Source: Ignavibacteriaceae bacterium
GTDB lineage: Bacteria; Bacteroidota; Ignavibacteria; Ignavibacteriales; Ignavibacteriaceae
DNA length: 64,000 nt
Direction: 5' to 3'
Assembly (NCBI GenBank): GCA_041671545.1
Contig: JBAZBI010000016.1
Span: 20,637-84,636, forward strand
This document shows, piece by piece, positions 17,615 through 27,161 of this stretch. The translations under genes were made by a program, and so were the position numbers. The notes under the pieces are model-generated. The model was not told the origin of the DNA, did no database searches, and worked only from the letters and a program-made list of their open reading frames with translations. Position 1 is the stretch's first letter; every line of letters begins with the position of its first letter.

Positions 17615-19848
17615 ATTATAAAAAGATCATTCTTCTTGTCTCACTTTGCACTTTTCAATTCATCGCACAAACAACTACCAGCTGGAAAAACTTTTCCAGC
17701 ATGAATAAAATATCTTCTGCGATTGTGACTGCCGGGGGAATTTGGGCCGGAAGCGATGGAGGAGCATTTTACTTTGATTTTAATGATTCGTCATACCAGA
17801 CTTTTACCAAAACCGAAGGGATGAATGGATCACCAATTACAGCGGTCGCAATAGATTCTTCCGGTAATATTTGGTTCGGATCTCAAAACGGAAAGATTGA
17901 TGTCTATAATCCAACCACAAAAGTTTTTAAAAATATTTTTGAAATTTACAATTCAGAAAGAATTGAAAAGAGAATCAACTCAATCTCTATTTATGGTGAC
18001 ACCGCATTTGTCTCGACTTCATTCGGGCTCTCTTTGCTCAATACAAAAACGTTCAGTTTTTATGATACGTTCTTTAAACTCGGAAATTTTGCTTCAAACA
18101 TTGATGTAAACTACAGTTACAAAAAAAACAATATCATTTATGCAGCAACTAATTCAGGAATAGCTGTACAAAAAGCGGGAACCACAAACCTTGTCGCTCC
18201 GGAATCATGGGATACCTACACAACAGCAAATGGATTGAATTCAAATAAGGTAATAAAAATTGGGTCATATAAAGATTCTGTTTTCGTTCTCACTTCAGTT
18301 GGTTTTTCTAAATTCATGTCAAACTCTTGGCAAAATTTTTTAACTACTTTTCCAGATGGACAAGTTCAGGATTTCCAGACGACTACTGATTCTATTTTTA
18401 TTTTATCTAATTGGAGTGTCCATTATTATTCTAATGGTTCGACCGGAAGTTATTCGATGGTTTATATTGGACCCGTAAAAATGCTTTATTGTAGAAATGG
18501 AGAATTTCTCCTTACAGAAACAGATGGAACCTGGCTGCATGAAAGGACGGGGAGTCAAAAATCTTTAAAACTTTCACCTAATGGTCCTTCGGAAAATAAA
18601 TTCTTAAATATGACAGTAGATCAAAACAGCAATCTCTGGGTTGCAACCGGTCAGGATGTAGGCGGGGTCGGCTTTTTTAAATTCGATAGATCCACATGGA
18701 AAACTTTTGCAGTGAATCATGATTCCTTGCTTTCAAATGCTTTTCACACTGTTTCCGTTGGGTCAGATAACTCCGTTTATTTTGCAAACTGGGGAAGTGG
18801 ATTTGCAAAGGTAAAGAACGATTCGACTATTATTTCCTTCTCAGTTAAAAATTCTCCTTTAATCGGTACACTCGCGCATCCCGATTTTTTAGTTATAGCC
18901 GACATGAAAACCGATTCAAAAAATAATTTATGGGTTTTAAATCATGATGCAGCCGACAAAAAAGCTTTAAGTGTTTTAACCTCAGACAGCACATGGTATA
19001 TGTTTGATAATATTGCCGATCCCGACATTGATCAGTACAGACGGTTAGTTATTGATCAGTACGACACGAAATGGTTCACAACTTCAAAGCCAAACAAATC
19101 GGGGCTTTATTACTTCAACGAAAGTTCAACGCTATCAACTTCATCCGATGACCGAACCGGGTATGTAACAGGATTAAATAGCAACAGTGTTTCCTCTTTA
19201 GCTATGGATAAACGGGGAGAGTTATGGATTGGAACAAGTTCCGGCGTTAATGTCATTTCAAATCCCAATGCAATTTTAACATCGTCCGCTTCATCGTTAA
19301 AAATCACCTCAGTATTTAGTCTGCGGCAACAATCGATAAATTGCCTTGCAGTTGATGCAATTAACAGAAAATGGGTAGGGACAAATCAAGGATTAATTTT
19401 GACCTCAACCGATGGGACATCGTTGATAGAAACATTCGATAGTAAAAATAGTCCGCTGCTTTCCGATCAAATAAAATCGTTAACGATCGATGAAAAGAAT
19501 GGAATTGTTTATGCCGCTGTAGAAGGAGGTTTAACTGCATTCTATACAACGGCGCTAACACCGAATACAACTTTTTCAACAATTGAAACTTCCCCAAGTC
19601 CGTTTTTAATTGGGAAGAACTCGTCACTGTTGACGATTGATGGATTGATAAAAAACTGTGACATAAAAATTCTTTCAATTTCTGGAAATTTGATCCGCGC
19701 ATTTAGGACGGACGGAGGAGGAAGAGCTCGTTGGGATGGTAAAAATGACCGTGGTGAGTTTGTCAGTAGCGGAGTATATTTAATTGTTGCGTACGATCAA
19801 GAAGGGACTTCCGTAGCAACCGGTAAAGTTGCAATTATCAGACAATAA
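17611..19848 (+). CDS. secreted beta-propeller repeat protein with T9SS C-terminal sorting domain
   Basis: Signal peptide, repeated two-component-regulator-propeller-like units (IWFGSQNG, LWVATGQD, LWIGTSSG, KWVGTNQG). C-terminus ...WDGKNDRGEFVSSGVYLIVA... ATGA overlap with the upstream gene. Confidence 0.7.
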   Translation: MNYKKIILLVSLCTFQFIAQTTTSWKNFSSMNKISSAIVTAGGIWAGSDGGAFYFDFNDSSYQTFTKTEGMNGSPITAVAIDSSGNIWFGSQNGKIDVYNPTTKVFKNIFEIYNSERIEKRINSISIYGDTAFVSTSFGLSLLNTKTFSFYDTFFKLGNFASNIDVNYSYKKNNIIYAATNSGIAVQKAGTTNLVAPESWDTYTTANGLNSNKVIKIGSYKDSVFVLTSVGFSKFMSNSWQNFLTTFPDGQVQDFQTTTDSIFILSNWSVHYYSNGSTGSYSMVYIGPVKMLYCRNGEFLLTETDGTWLHERTGSQKSLKLSPNGPSENKFLNMTVDQNSNLWVATGQDVGGVGFFKFDRSTWKTFAVNHDSLLSNAFHTVSVGSDNSVYFANWGSGFAKVKNDSTIISFSVKNSPLIGTLAHPDFLVIADMKTDSKNNLWVLNHDAADKKALSVLTSDSTWYMFDNIADPDIDQYRRLVIDQYDTKWFTTSKPNKSGLYYFNESSTLSTSSDDRTGYVTGLNSNSVSSLAMDKRGELWIGTSSGVNVISNPNAILTSSASSLKITSVFSLRQQSINCLAVDAINRKWVGTNQGLILTSTDGTSLIETFDSKNSPLLSDQIKSLTIDEKNGIVYAAVEGGLTAFYTTALTPNTTFSTIETSPSPFLIGKNSSLLTIDGLIKNCDIKILSISGNLIRAFRTDGGGRARWDGKNDRGEFVSSGVYLIVAYDQEGTSVATGKVAIIRQ

Positions 19849-19855
19849 TTTTTTT

Positions 19856-21817
19856 ATGATTGATCTTCAGAATATTGCATTACAGTTTGGCGGGAATTAT
19901 TTATTTAAAAATATTTCTTACAAGATAAACGCCGGCGATAAAATTTCACTTGTCGGTGCCAATGGAACCGGAAAATCATCCCTGTTAAAAATTATTTACG
20001 GAATTCTTCCTCCTGAAAGCGGAGCTATTGCTAAACAAAAAAGGATTTCGCTCGGTTATCTTCCACAAGAAAATATTGTTCACAAGGGAAAAACTTTAGT
20101 TGAAGAGGCGGCATCCGCTCTTACCGATATTAAATTCCTTCAAGAAAAAGAGCATGAAATAACTTCCCTTCTCTCCGATCCTTCTTTAAGTGATGAGGAA
20201 CAGAACGACCTTGTAAATCAACTGGGAGAAGTGCATCATAAACTTGAGGAACTGGACAGCTACACCGCTAATGCGCGAACGGAAAAAATTTTAACGGGTC
20301 TTGGCTTTGAAGAATCTGATTTTTCGCGAATGACTGATGAACTTTCCGGCGGCTGGCAAATGCGGATCGCACTTGCAAAAATCCTTATTTCACAAAATGA
20401 TGTTTTACTGATGGATGAACCGACCAATCATCTTGATTTGGATTCGCTTGAATGGCTCATCAGTTTTTTAAAAGGATATAAAGGAGCATTACTGCTTGTC
20501 TCCCACGATAAACATTTTGTAAATGAGGTAACGAATAAAACGCTTGAAATATTTTTAGGGAAAATTACTTCGTTCAACGGAAAATATGATGCTTATCTGA
20601 AATTTGCTGAAGAGCGAAATGGAATGTTGGAGCAACAGTATCTGCTTCAGCAAAAGAAAATTAAAGAGACTGAAAATTTTATTGAACGATTCCGCTACAA
20701 AGCTACAAAAGCAAAACAAGTACAAAGCAGAATAAAGCAACTTGAAAAAGTTGAACTGATAGAACTACCGGAAAGTAAAGATGATATTTCGATCCGTTTC
20801 CCGGAACCTCCGCAAAGCGGTAGGATAAATATCGAGTTGAAAGGTTTGAGCAAATCGTACGGAGAAAAGACTATTTTCAACAATTTGGATTTTACAATCG
20901 AACGGGGTGAAAAAATTGCACTCGTTGGTCCCAATGGAGCCGGCAAAACAACACTTGCAAAAATTCTTGCTGACAAAATCTCTTTTGACAAAGGGGAAAG
21001 AATAATCGGACACAACACTTTGATCGCATATTACGCGCAAGATGTTGCAGATGTTCTTGATCCCGATTTAGATATTCTTGAAACAATAGAAGGTCTTGCT
21101 GAAGGAAAAACAATCGGACAATTGCGTTCGCTGCTGGGATGTTTTCTCTTTAGCGGCGATGACGTCTTTAAAAAAATCGGAGTCCTTTCCGGTGGAGAAA
21201 AAAGCCGTGTCGCGCTAACAAAAATTCTACTTACCAAAGCAAATTTAATTATCCTTGATGAACCGACTAACCATCTCGATATTTCTTCCAAAGAAGTACT
21301 GCAGCAGGCTTTAACAGCTTTCAACGGCTCTCTGGTATTGGTTTCCCATGACGTTGATTTTCTTCGTCCGATTGTGAATAAGGTGATTGAGATTAAGCGC
21401 AATTCCTTCAACATATTTTTGGATGGAATTGATTATTATTTATCCAAAAGAGAAGAAAACCTTAATCTGGAACAGCAGGAAGCTCGCGTAAAAATGGATT
21501 CACCTTCTCTAACCCGGAAAGATCAAAAACGAATTGAAGCCGAGCTTCGGCAAAAGAAATTCCAAAGCACAAAACATCTTTTAAAAGATATTGCCGATCT
21601 CGAAAAAGAAATATCTAAATTGGAAGAGGAGGAGAAAAAGTATGAAGCTGATTTAATTGATGAAAAGATTTACTCTAATCCACAACTGATCAAACAAACG
21701 CAAGCTAAATACAATCTAACTAAGGAAAATCTTCAAAAGAAAATGACGAAGTGGGAAAAACTAAACACAGAGCTCATCGAAATTGAACAAAAGTTTGAAA
21801 GTTTGCTCCCGACTTAG
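19856..21817 (+). CDS. ABC-F family ATPase (two ABC domains, no TM domain)
   Basis: Two Walker A motifs (GANGTGKSS, GPNGAGKTT), two signatures (LSGGWQ, LSGGEK), coiled-coil C-terminus. ATG at 19856 preferred over 19829. Confidence 0.9.
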   Translation: MIDLQNIALQFGGNYLFKNISYKINAGDKISLVGANGTGKSSLLKIIYGILPPESGAIAKQKRISLGYLPQENIVHKGKTLVEEAASALTDIKFLQEKEHEITSLLSDPSLSDEEQNDLVNQLGEVHHKLEELDSYTANARTEKILTGLGFEESDFSRMTDELSGGWQMRIALAKILISQNDVLLMDEPTNHLDLDSLEWLISFLKGYKGALLLVSHDKHFVNEVTNKTLEIFLGKITSFNGKYDAYLKFAEERNGMLEQQYLLQQKKIKETENFIERFRYKATKAKQVQSRIKQLEKVELIELPESKDDISIRFPEPPQSGRINIELKGLSKSYGEKTIFNNLDFTIERGEKIALVGPNGAGKTTLAKILADKISFDKGERIIGHNTLIAYYAQDVADVLDPDLDILETIEGLAEGKTIGQLRSLLGCFLFSGDDVFKKIGVLSGGEKSRVALTKILLTKANLIILDEPTNHLDISSKEVLQQALTAFNGSLVLVSHDVDFLRPIVNKVIEIKRNSFNIFLDGIDYYLSKREENLNLEQQEARVKMDSPSLTRKDQKRIEAELRQKKFQSTKHLLKDIADLEKEISKLEEEEKKYEADLIDEKIYSNPQLIKQTQAKYNLTKENLQKKMTKWEKLNTELIEIEQKFESLLPT

Positions 21818-21832
21818 TTGTCCAAGTCGGGA
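21807..21832. terminator. hairpin between convergent ABC-F and ROK kinase genes
   Basis: TCCCGACTT / AAGTCGGGA 9-bp stem. The ABC-F stop codon lies in the loop. No clear U-tract. Confidence 0.35.
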
Positions 21833-21873
21833 ACGTTAATCAATTTATCTGGGGTTGTAAAGGAGATGCTGCT

Positions 21874-22866
21874 CTAAATTTTAATCCCTAAAAATTCTTC
21901 CGCAAGAGCTATCCCGCCATAAAGAGCGGCTTCATCACCAAGTTTTGTGGCATAAATTTTAACAGCTTTTCCAGCATCTTTTAATGAATTTTCCTTAAAA
22001 GATTTTTTAATGATCGGAGTCATAAAATCAGCGGCGGCCTCCAAAACTCCACCTCCCAAAACGATCATTTGTAAATTGAGCAGGTTATTGATATTTGCGA
22101 GAGTTTTACCAATCACTACAGAAGCGTTGGTAACAGTTTTTACGGTTATTGCATCGTTCTTTTTTAATGCGTTTGAGATTGCTTTGCTTTTTATCGGAAC
22201 TTTTTCTTTTAATAACTTAGAGAGTAAACTTCTTTTGCCGAGTTTTACTTGTTTTGTAATATCGCGAACAATTGCAGTTCTGCTGGCTAAAGCCTCAAAA
22301 CAACCTTTCTGTCCGCATCCGCACAATGGTCCATTCGGCTGTATGATCATATGCCCGATCTCTCCGGCTGTAAAACTCGCTCCGCGGTGCATATTCCCTC
22401 TAAATATTAATCCGCCGCCAATCCCGGTTCCAACAAAAACCACGAGTAAATCTTCAACATCTTTTCCAAGTCCAAAATGCTTAATGCCTAATGCTGCCAA
22501 GTTTACATCGTTTTCTATCAGCACAGGAATCGGAGTGTACTGCTGTAACTGTTCTTTGATGTTCATGTTTTTAATATTCAGGTTCGGAGCAATTCCGATC
22601 CTTCCCGTTTCTGGATTTACTGAACCGGGAATTCCAAGGCAAATAGCTTTAATATTTTTTTCGGCAACACCTGATTCAAGCATCACCTCTGTGATTATTC
22701 CCCAAAGAGCCTTTACAAAATTTGTGTTCCCATTTTTGGTCTTTGTAGCTTTTTTAACTTTTGTGCGAATGCCATCTTTAGAGTTGATGAGCGCCGCAAG
22801 AATTTTGGTTCCTCCCATATCTATGCTTATAATGTAATCTTTCATGGTAATTCCCTTTTCTTTCAT
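21874..22866 (-). CDS. ROK family sugar kinase (glucokinase-like)
   Basis: IDMGGTKI, VGTGIGGG, GEIGHM, CGCGQKGCFE zinc motif. Alternative start at 22845. Confidence 0.82.
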   Translation of the reverse strand: MKEKGITMKDYIISIDMGGTKILAALINSKDGIRTKVKKATKTKNGNTNFVKALWGIITEVMLESGVAEKNIKAICLGIPGSVNPETGRIGIAPNLNIKNMNIKEQLQQYTPIPVLIENDVNLAALGIKHFGLGKDVEDLLVVFVGTGIGGGLIFRGNMHRGASFTAGEIGHMIIQPNGPLCGCGQKGCFEALASRTAIVRDITKQVKLGKRSLLSKLLKEKVPIKSKAISNALKKNDAITVKTVTNASVVIGKTLANINNLLNLQMIVLGGGVLEAAADFMTPIIKKSFKENSLKDAGKAVKIYATKLGDEAALYGGIALAEEFLGIKI

Positions 22867-22937
22867 AACGGAATGAGACTGCTATTTATTATCTTTGCAA
22901 TTGTTTTTCGTAAAGATAATAATTACTTATTGAAAAT

Positions 22938-23747
22938 ATGCAACAAGAGTTTCAAAATACCAACAGAAAATTTAAGCCGTTAAAAAAATTCGGGCAAAAT
23001 TACCTAAAGGATAAGAATATACTCCGCAAAATTGCCGAAGAAATGAATATTTTGGAGAACGATGTTGTTGTAGAAATTGGTCCCGGAACCGGCGCGTTAA
23101 CGGAATTTCTGGTTGAAAAGAGTAAGAACATTCACGCTGTCGAGATTGATACACGGGTGACTGCCGATTTACAAACCCGGTTCCCGTTTATAAAAATTAT
23201 TCAAAGTGATTTTCTCAAGTTCGATTTACAATCTCTCTCGGAGTCAGTCGGAAAGAAATTGAGAATTGTCGGGAATATTCCGTACAACATAACTTCGCCG
23301 ATACTTTTTAAATTGATTGAATCACGGAAGTTTGTTGCAGATGCTGTTTTAATGATGCAATTAGAAGTTGCACAGCGGATTCTCTCAAAGCCAAATTCAA
23401 AAGAGTATGGAATTCTTTCCTCGTTTCTTAATGCATACACAAAACCGGAATTATTGTTCAAAGTTTCACCAAATGTTTTTTATCCAAAACCAAAAGTTTT
23501 TTCGGCAGTTATGAGATTCAGTTTAATTGAAGAAGTTCCGATTGCGGATGACAAACTTTATCTTCAACTGATCAAAGCGGCATTTTCTAAAAGAAGAAAA
23601 ACATTAAAAAATTGTTTTGCCGATACTATATTTGAAACACTCGATCTCATAAAGTGCGGCATAAACCCAATTCAACGGGCGGAAACACTATCAGTTAATG
23701 ACTTTATGACTCTTGCAAATCTTTCTCACAGTATGGTAGGAAAATAA
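22938..23747 (+). CDS. rsmA: 16S rRNA (adenine1518/1519-N6)-dimethyltransferase
   Basis: FGQNYL, VVEIGPGTGALT, GNIPYNITSP. Confidence 0.9.
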   Translation: MQQEFQNTNRKFKPLKKFGQNYLKDKNILRKIAEEMNILENDVVVEIGPGTGALTEFLVEKSKNIHAVEIDTRVTADLQTRFPFIKIIQSDFLKFDLQSLSESVGKKLRIVGNIPYNITSPILFKLIESRKFVADAVLMMQLEVAQRILSKPNSKEYGILSSFLNAYTKPELLFKVSPNVFYPKPKVFSAVMRFSLIEEVPIADDKLYLQLIKAAFSKRRKTLKNCFADTIFETLDLIKCGINPIQRAETLSVNDFMTLANLSHSMVGK

Positions 23748-23752
23748 ACTTA

Positions 23753-24694
23753 TTGATTTCATCCATTAAAAATTATTGTAAAAATTTTTCGGCTACAGAC
23801 ATCGTAGTAGTTATCTTTTATCTCTTCCTCACTCTGTTAAATTTAGTTTTTTCAGGAAACGTAAAAGAATGGTATTTGCTAATCCTGATGAATATAGTTG
23901 TAGTTACTCTTGTTACCACAATGGCAAAATGGAATGGAAACAGCCAGACAAAACTTTCAAAATTTGTTCACTATTGGTATCCGGCTCCGTTGATTTTCAT
24001 TACATTTAAAGAATTATACATGATGATCAAGCCGATCAGGCAAGTTGATTACGATTATTTGTTGATCCGCGTTGACCGCTGGATTTTCGGTACTGATCCC
24101 ACAGTGGTATTGCACAAAATAGCTTTTCCTGTGTTAACTGAATTTCTTCAGATCGTCTATGCAACATTTTATTTCCTGCCGATGATCCTTGCAATCTCAC
24201 TATACTTCAATAAAAAGTATTTGGAAACCGATTATGCAATTTTTGCTGTGATCTATGGATTCTTCGTTTCGTACGTCGGATATTTTTTTCTTCCGGCAAT
24301 TGGTCCGCGGTTTACGCTGCATAACTTTGCGTTAACAAATCAAGAACTTCCGGGAATTTTTCTAACAAATTTTTTGAGAGAAATAATAAACTCAGGCGAA
24401 TCAATTCCAAGCGGAACACTGAATCCACAACTAATTGTTCAAAGAGATGTTTTTCCAAGCGGACACACGATGATGACGGCGATCGTGATGTATTTATCTG
24501 TAAAGTTTAACAGTAAAGCAAAATGGTTTTTGGTAGTTTGCGGAAGTCTCCTCATCTTTTCCACCGTTTATTTACGTTACCATTACGTGGTTGATCTTCT
24601 CGGCGGATTTTTATGTATGCTCTTTTCTCTTTGGTCGGGGAAAAGACTTTTTAACTGGTGGCAAAAAATGTTTAACAAAGAAATTCTACAGTAG
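23753..24694 (+). CDS. PAP2-superfamily membrane protein (Aur1/IPC-synthase-like subfamily)
   Basis: Polytopic. PSGHT and RYHYVVD phosphatase motifs. TTG start is uncertain. Confidence 0.6.
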   Translation: MISSIKNYCKNFSATDIVVVIFYLFLTLLNLVFSGNVKEWYLLILMNIVVVTLVTTMAKWNGNSQTKLSKFVHYWYPAPLIFITFKELYMMIKPIRQVDYDYLLIRVDRWIFGTDPTVVLHKIAFPVLTEFLQIVYATFYFLPMILAISLYFNKKYLETDYAIFAVIYGFFVSYVGYFFLPAIGPRFTLHNFALTNQELPGIFLTNFLREIINSGESIPSGTLNPQLIVQRDVFPSGHTMMTAIVMYLSVKFNSKAKWFLVVCGSLLIFSTVYLRYHYVVDLLGGFLCMLFSLWSGKRLFNWWQKMFNKEILQ

Positions 24695-24696
24695 AC

Positions 24697-25380
24697 ATGC
24701 AAGACAAAAAAACTCAAGTAAAACAGATGTTCGATGCAATCGCATATCGCTACGATTTTCTCAATCACTTTCTCAGCGCCGGAGTTGATGTTTATTGGCG
24801 GAAGAAGGCGTTGAAGCTGACTAAACTGAACAAAGATGCAGTTCTGCTTGATGTTGCATGCGGAACCGGTGACTTTGCAATTGAAGCGAGAAAATTTGGG
24901 GTGCAAAAAATCTTCGGCGCTGATTTTTCTTTTAACATGCTTCGCCTCTTCAACAAAAAAAGTGATTGGATTGTTGGAAGAAATCTTCAAATGGAAGCTG
25001 AAAAACTTCCACTCAAACCATCAACAGTTACAAACATAACCGTCGCATTTGGCGTGAGAAATTTTTATAACATTCCCGAAGCATTTGCATCATTTCACTC
25101 TGCATTAACCGAAAACGGGAAAACCACCATTCTTGAATTCATGATGCCGAAGAATCCGCTCATAAAAATTCTTTATCGTTCGTACTTTAAGTTTATTTTA
25201 CCGATTATCGGAAGGTTGGTATCGAAAGATAAAAAAGCGTACACCTACTTACCTGATTCTGTTGAGGAATTCGATAAGACGATCGATCTTGTAAAATTAT
25301 TTTATGATGCCGGATTCAAAAGAGTTGAAAGGCACAATTTAACTTTTGGGTTGGTGCAAGTTGTGATTGCTGAAAAATAA
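24697..25380 (+). CDS. ubiE: demethylmenaquinone/ubiquinone C-methyltransferase
   Basis: MFDAIAYRYDFLNHFLSAGVDVYWRKK, VLDVACGTGD, VAFGVRN. Confidence 0.88.
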   Translation: MQDKKTQVKQMFDAIAYRYDFLNHFLSAGVDVYWRKKALKLTKLNKDAVLLDVACGTGDFAIEARKFGVQKIFGADFSFNMLRLFNKKSDWIVGRNLQMEAEKLPLKPSTVTNITVAFGVRNFYNIPEAFASFHSALTENGKTTILEFMMPKNPLIKILYRSYFKFILPIIGRLVSKDKKAYTYLPDSVEEFDKTIDLVKLFYDAGFKRVERHNLTFGLVQVVIAEK

Positions 25381-25421
25381 ATTATGTCCTTTCGATGTTC
25401 AACTATAGTACAACTAAAAAA

Positions 25422-26186
25422 TTACTTCGTAAATTTTGTAAGTGATTGAACACGAAACCCTTTGTTAGTAGAAGTAGTAAATGGGAAATTTCCACCACTA
25501 AATAAGGAGAGGATTTCATCACTTCCTTCCATCTTTACTATCCCGATATTTTTTACAAACCAAACTGTAGTTTTATAATTTCGATGAATCCCCACTTCGG
25601 GTTTGTACATTGTAAGTGTATAATCAACTTTTTGCGCTTCATCTTTTATATTGACATCCGTTAATTGAAATTCCACGGAATCCAGTCCAGTGCTGATTGC
25701 AGAAAACTCGATCAATGGTGAATTTGGCAGAGACATCTTAAAAACCGACCATGATTTGTTTTTTTCAAGTGGGAATGCAACAAGTGCGAGTTCTTTATCA
25801 AAAGTTGCATCTTTTTTTATTGAATCAGGCAATGGATTAAGAACACTATCTGAATCAACAAAAACGTAAACTCCATAATTTGTTTTTCTGATTAACGAGG
25901 TAGTAATACATGTTCCATATGCATCCCAGCTTGTATCTGTTTTTTGAAAGTAATTTGTCCCAGTCCTTAAAACTTGTGCACCATAATTCATAGCTCGAGC
26001 TCCTGAAATTGGATTTGGTTTCAAAAAAGGAATAGAGTATGAAATTGAAATATTATAATTATAATGTAACCCTGTTTGCAATGGGTAATAAGTTAGAGCA
26101 ATTTCTTCAGGTTGAGTCGAATTTGATTTTTTGCATGAGACAAAAACAAGTAAGGAAAGAATGGTAATAATGAAATATTTTTTCAT
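25422..26186 (-). CDS. hypothetical lipoprotein
   Basis: Signal peptide with lipobox LLVFVSC. No recognisable domain. Confidence 0.55.
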   Translation of the reverse strand: MKKYFIITILSLLVFVSCKKSNSTQPEEIALTYYPLQTGLHYNYNISISYSIPFLKPNPISGARAMNYGAQVLRTGTNYFQKTDTSWDAYGTCITTSLIRKTNYGVYVFVDSDSVLNPLPDSIKKDATFDKELALVAFPLEKNKSWSVFKMSLPNSPLIEFSAISTGLDSVEFQLTDVNIKDEAQKVDYTLTMYKPEVGIHRNYKTTVWFVKNIGIVKMEGSDEILSLFSGGNFPFTTSTNKGFRVQSLTKFTK

Positions 26187-26770
26187 AATAGTTTCTCCAA
26201 AAGATTTTTTTTTAACTGGTTAAAAGCTTTTGCACGATGACTGATTTTATTCTTCTCTTCCAGAGATAGTTCTCCATTTGTAACGAAAAAACCTTCAGCA
26301 ACAAATAAAGGATCGTATCCAAAACCGTTACCACCTCTTGCTTTGTGGATAATTTTTCCTTCCATAACGTCTTCCGAAGAAATAAAATTCTCTCCATCAT
26401 AAAACACAGCAGAGCAAATGAATTTTGCTGAATGAGGCTCAGGAAAGTGAAAAAGTTTTTCAAGAAGTAGTTTATTATTCAATTCATCAGTTGCATTTTC
26501 TCCGGCATATCTTGCAGAAAAAACTCCCGGTTCACCGTTTAGTTGATCGACGGAAAGACCGGAGTCGTCAGCGATCGTTGGAATTTTGAAAAGCTTATAA
26601 ACGGTTTCAGCCTTTATTTTTGCGTTCTCGGCAAAGGTAGCGCCGTCTTCAACTATTTCGGGAATTTCCGGGAAATCAGACAATGATAAAATACTAAAAG
26701 CAGTTTCCGAAAAAACTTTTCTAACTTCTTTTAATTTACCTTTGTTTGTAGTTGCAAAAAGTAATTTCAT
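26183..26770 (-). CDS. rdgB: non-canonical purine NTP pyrophosphatase (RdgB/HAM1)
   Basis: ATTNKGKLKE, EDGATFAENA, GFGYDPLF. Confidence 0.88.
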   Translation of the reverse strand: MKLLFATTNKGKLKEVRKVFSETAFSILSLSDFPEIPEIVEDGATFAENAKIKAETVYKLFKIPTIADDSGLSVDQLNGEPGVFSARYAGENATDELNNKLLLEKLFHFPEPHSAKFICSAVFYDGENFISSEDVMEGKIIHKARGGNGFGYDPLFVAEGFFVTNGELSLEEKNKISHRAKAFNQLKKNLLEKLL

Positions 26771-27145
26771 TTAAGCGGTTTCTTCTTTCTCATTTTTTTT
26801 CAAAGCAAACAATTCATCCATCACATCAAACGCGTACCGGAGATGCGGAATTACAATTGAACCACCGACGATTAGCGCAATGTTAAATGATTCCATCAAC
26901 TCATCCTTCGTTGCTCCTTCGTAAATTGAGCGATCGATGTGATAAAAGATGCAGTCATTACATCGCAAAACCATTGAAGCTACAAGTCCCATCAGTTCTT
27001 TCGTTTTTGTGGGAAGAGCGCCCTTCATATACGCTTTGTTGTCGAGTGCAAAAAATTTGTTGTAGTCCCGAAACCCGGAATTCAAAATTTTCTCATTCAT
27101 TTCTAAGCGATAAGCTCTTGTCTCTGAAACTGATTTAGTTTTCAT
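26771..27145 (-). CDS. carboxymuconolactone decarboxylase (AhpD-like) family protein
   Basis: LPTKTKELMGLVASMVLRCNDCIFYH core motif. Confidence 0.8.
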   Translation of the reverse strand: MKTKSVSETRAYRLEMNEKILNSGFRDYNKFFALDNKAYMKGALPTKTKELMGLVASMVLRCNDCIFYHIDRSIYEGATKDELMESFNIALIVGGSIVIPHLRYAFDVMDELFALKKNEKEETA

Positions 27146-27161
27146 ATAAACCTCATACTAT

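Noticed and set aside
22010-22837. 275-aa ORF on the plus strand
   Set aside because: It is entirely antisense to the well-supported ROK kinase gene. The composition is low-complexity (P/S/F/I-rich) with no motifs, typical of a shadow ORF.
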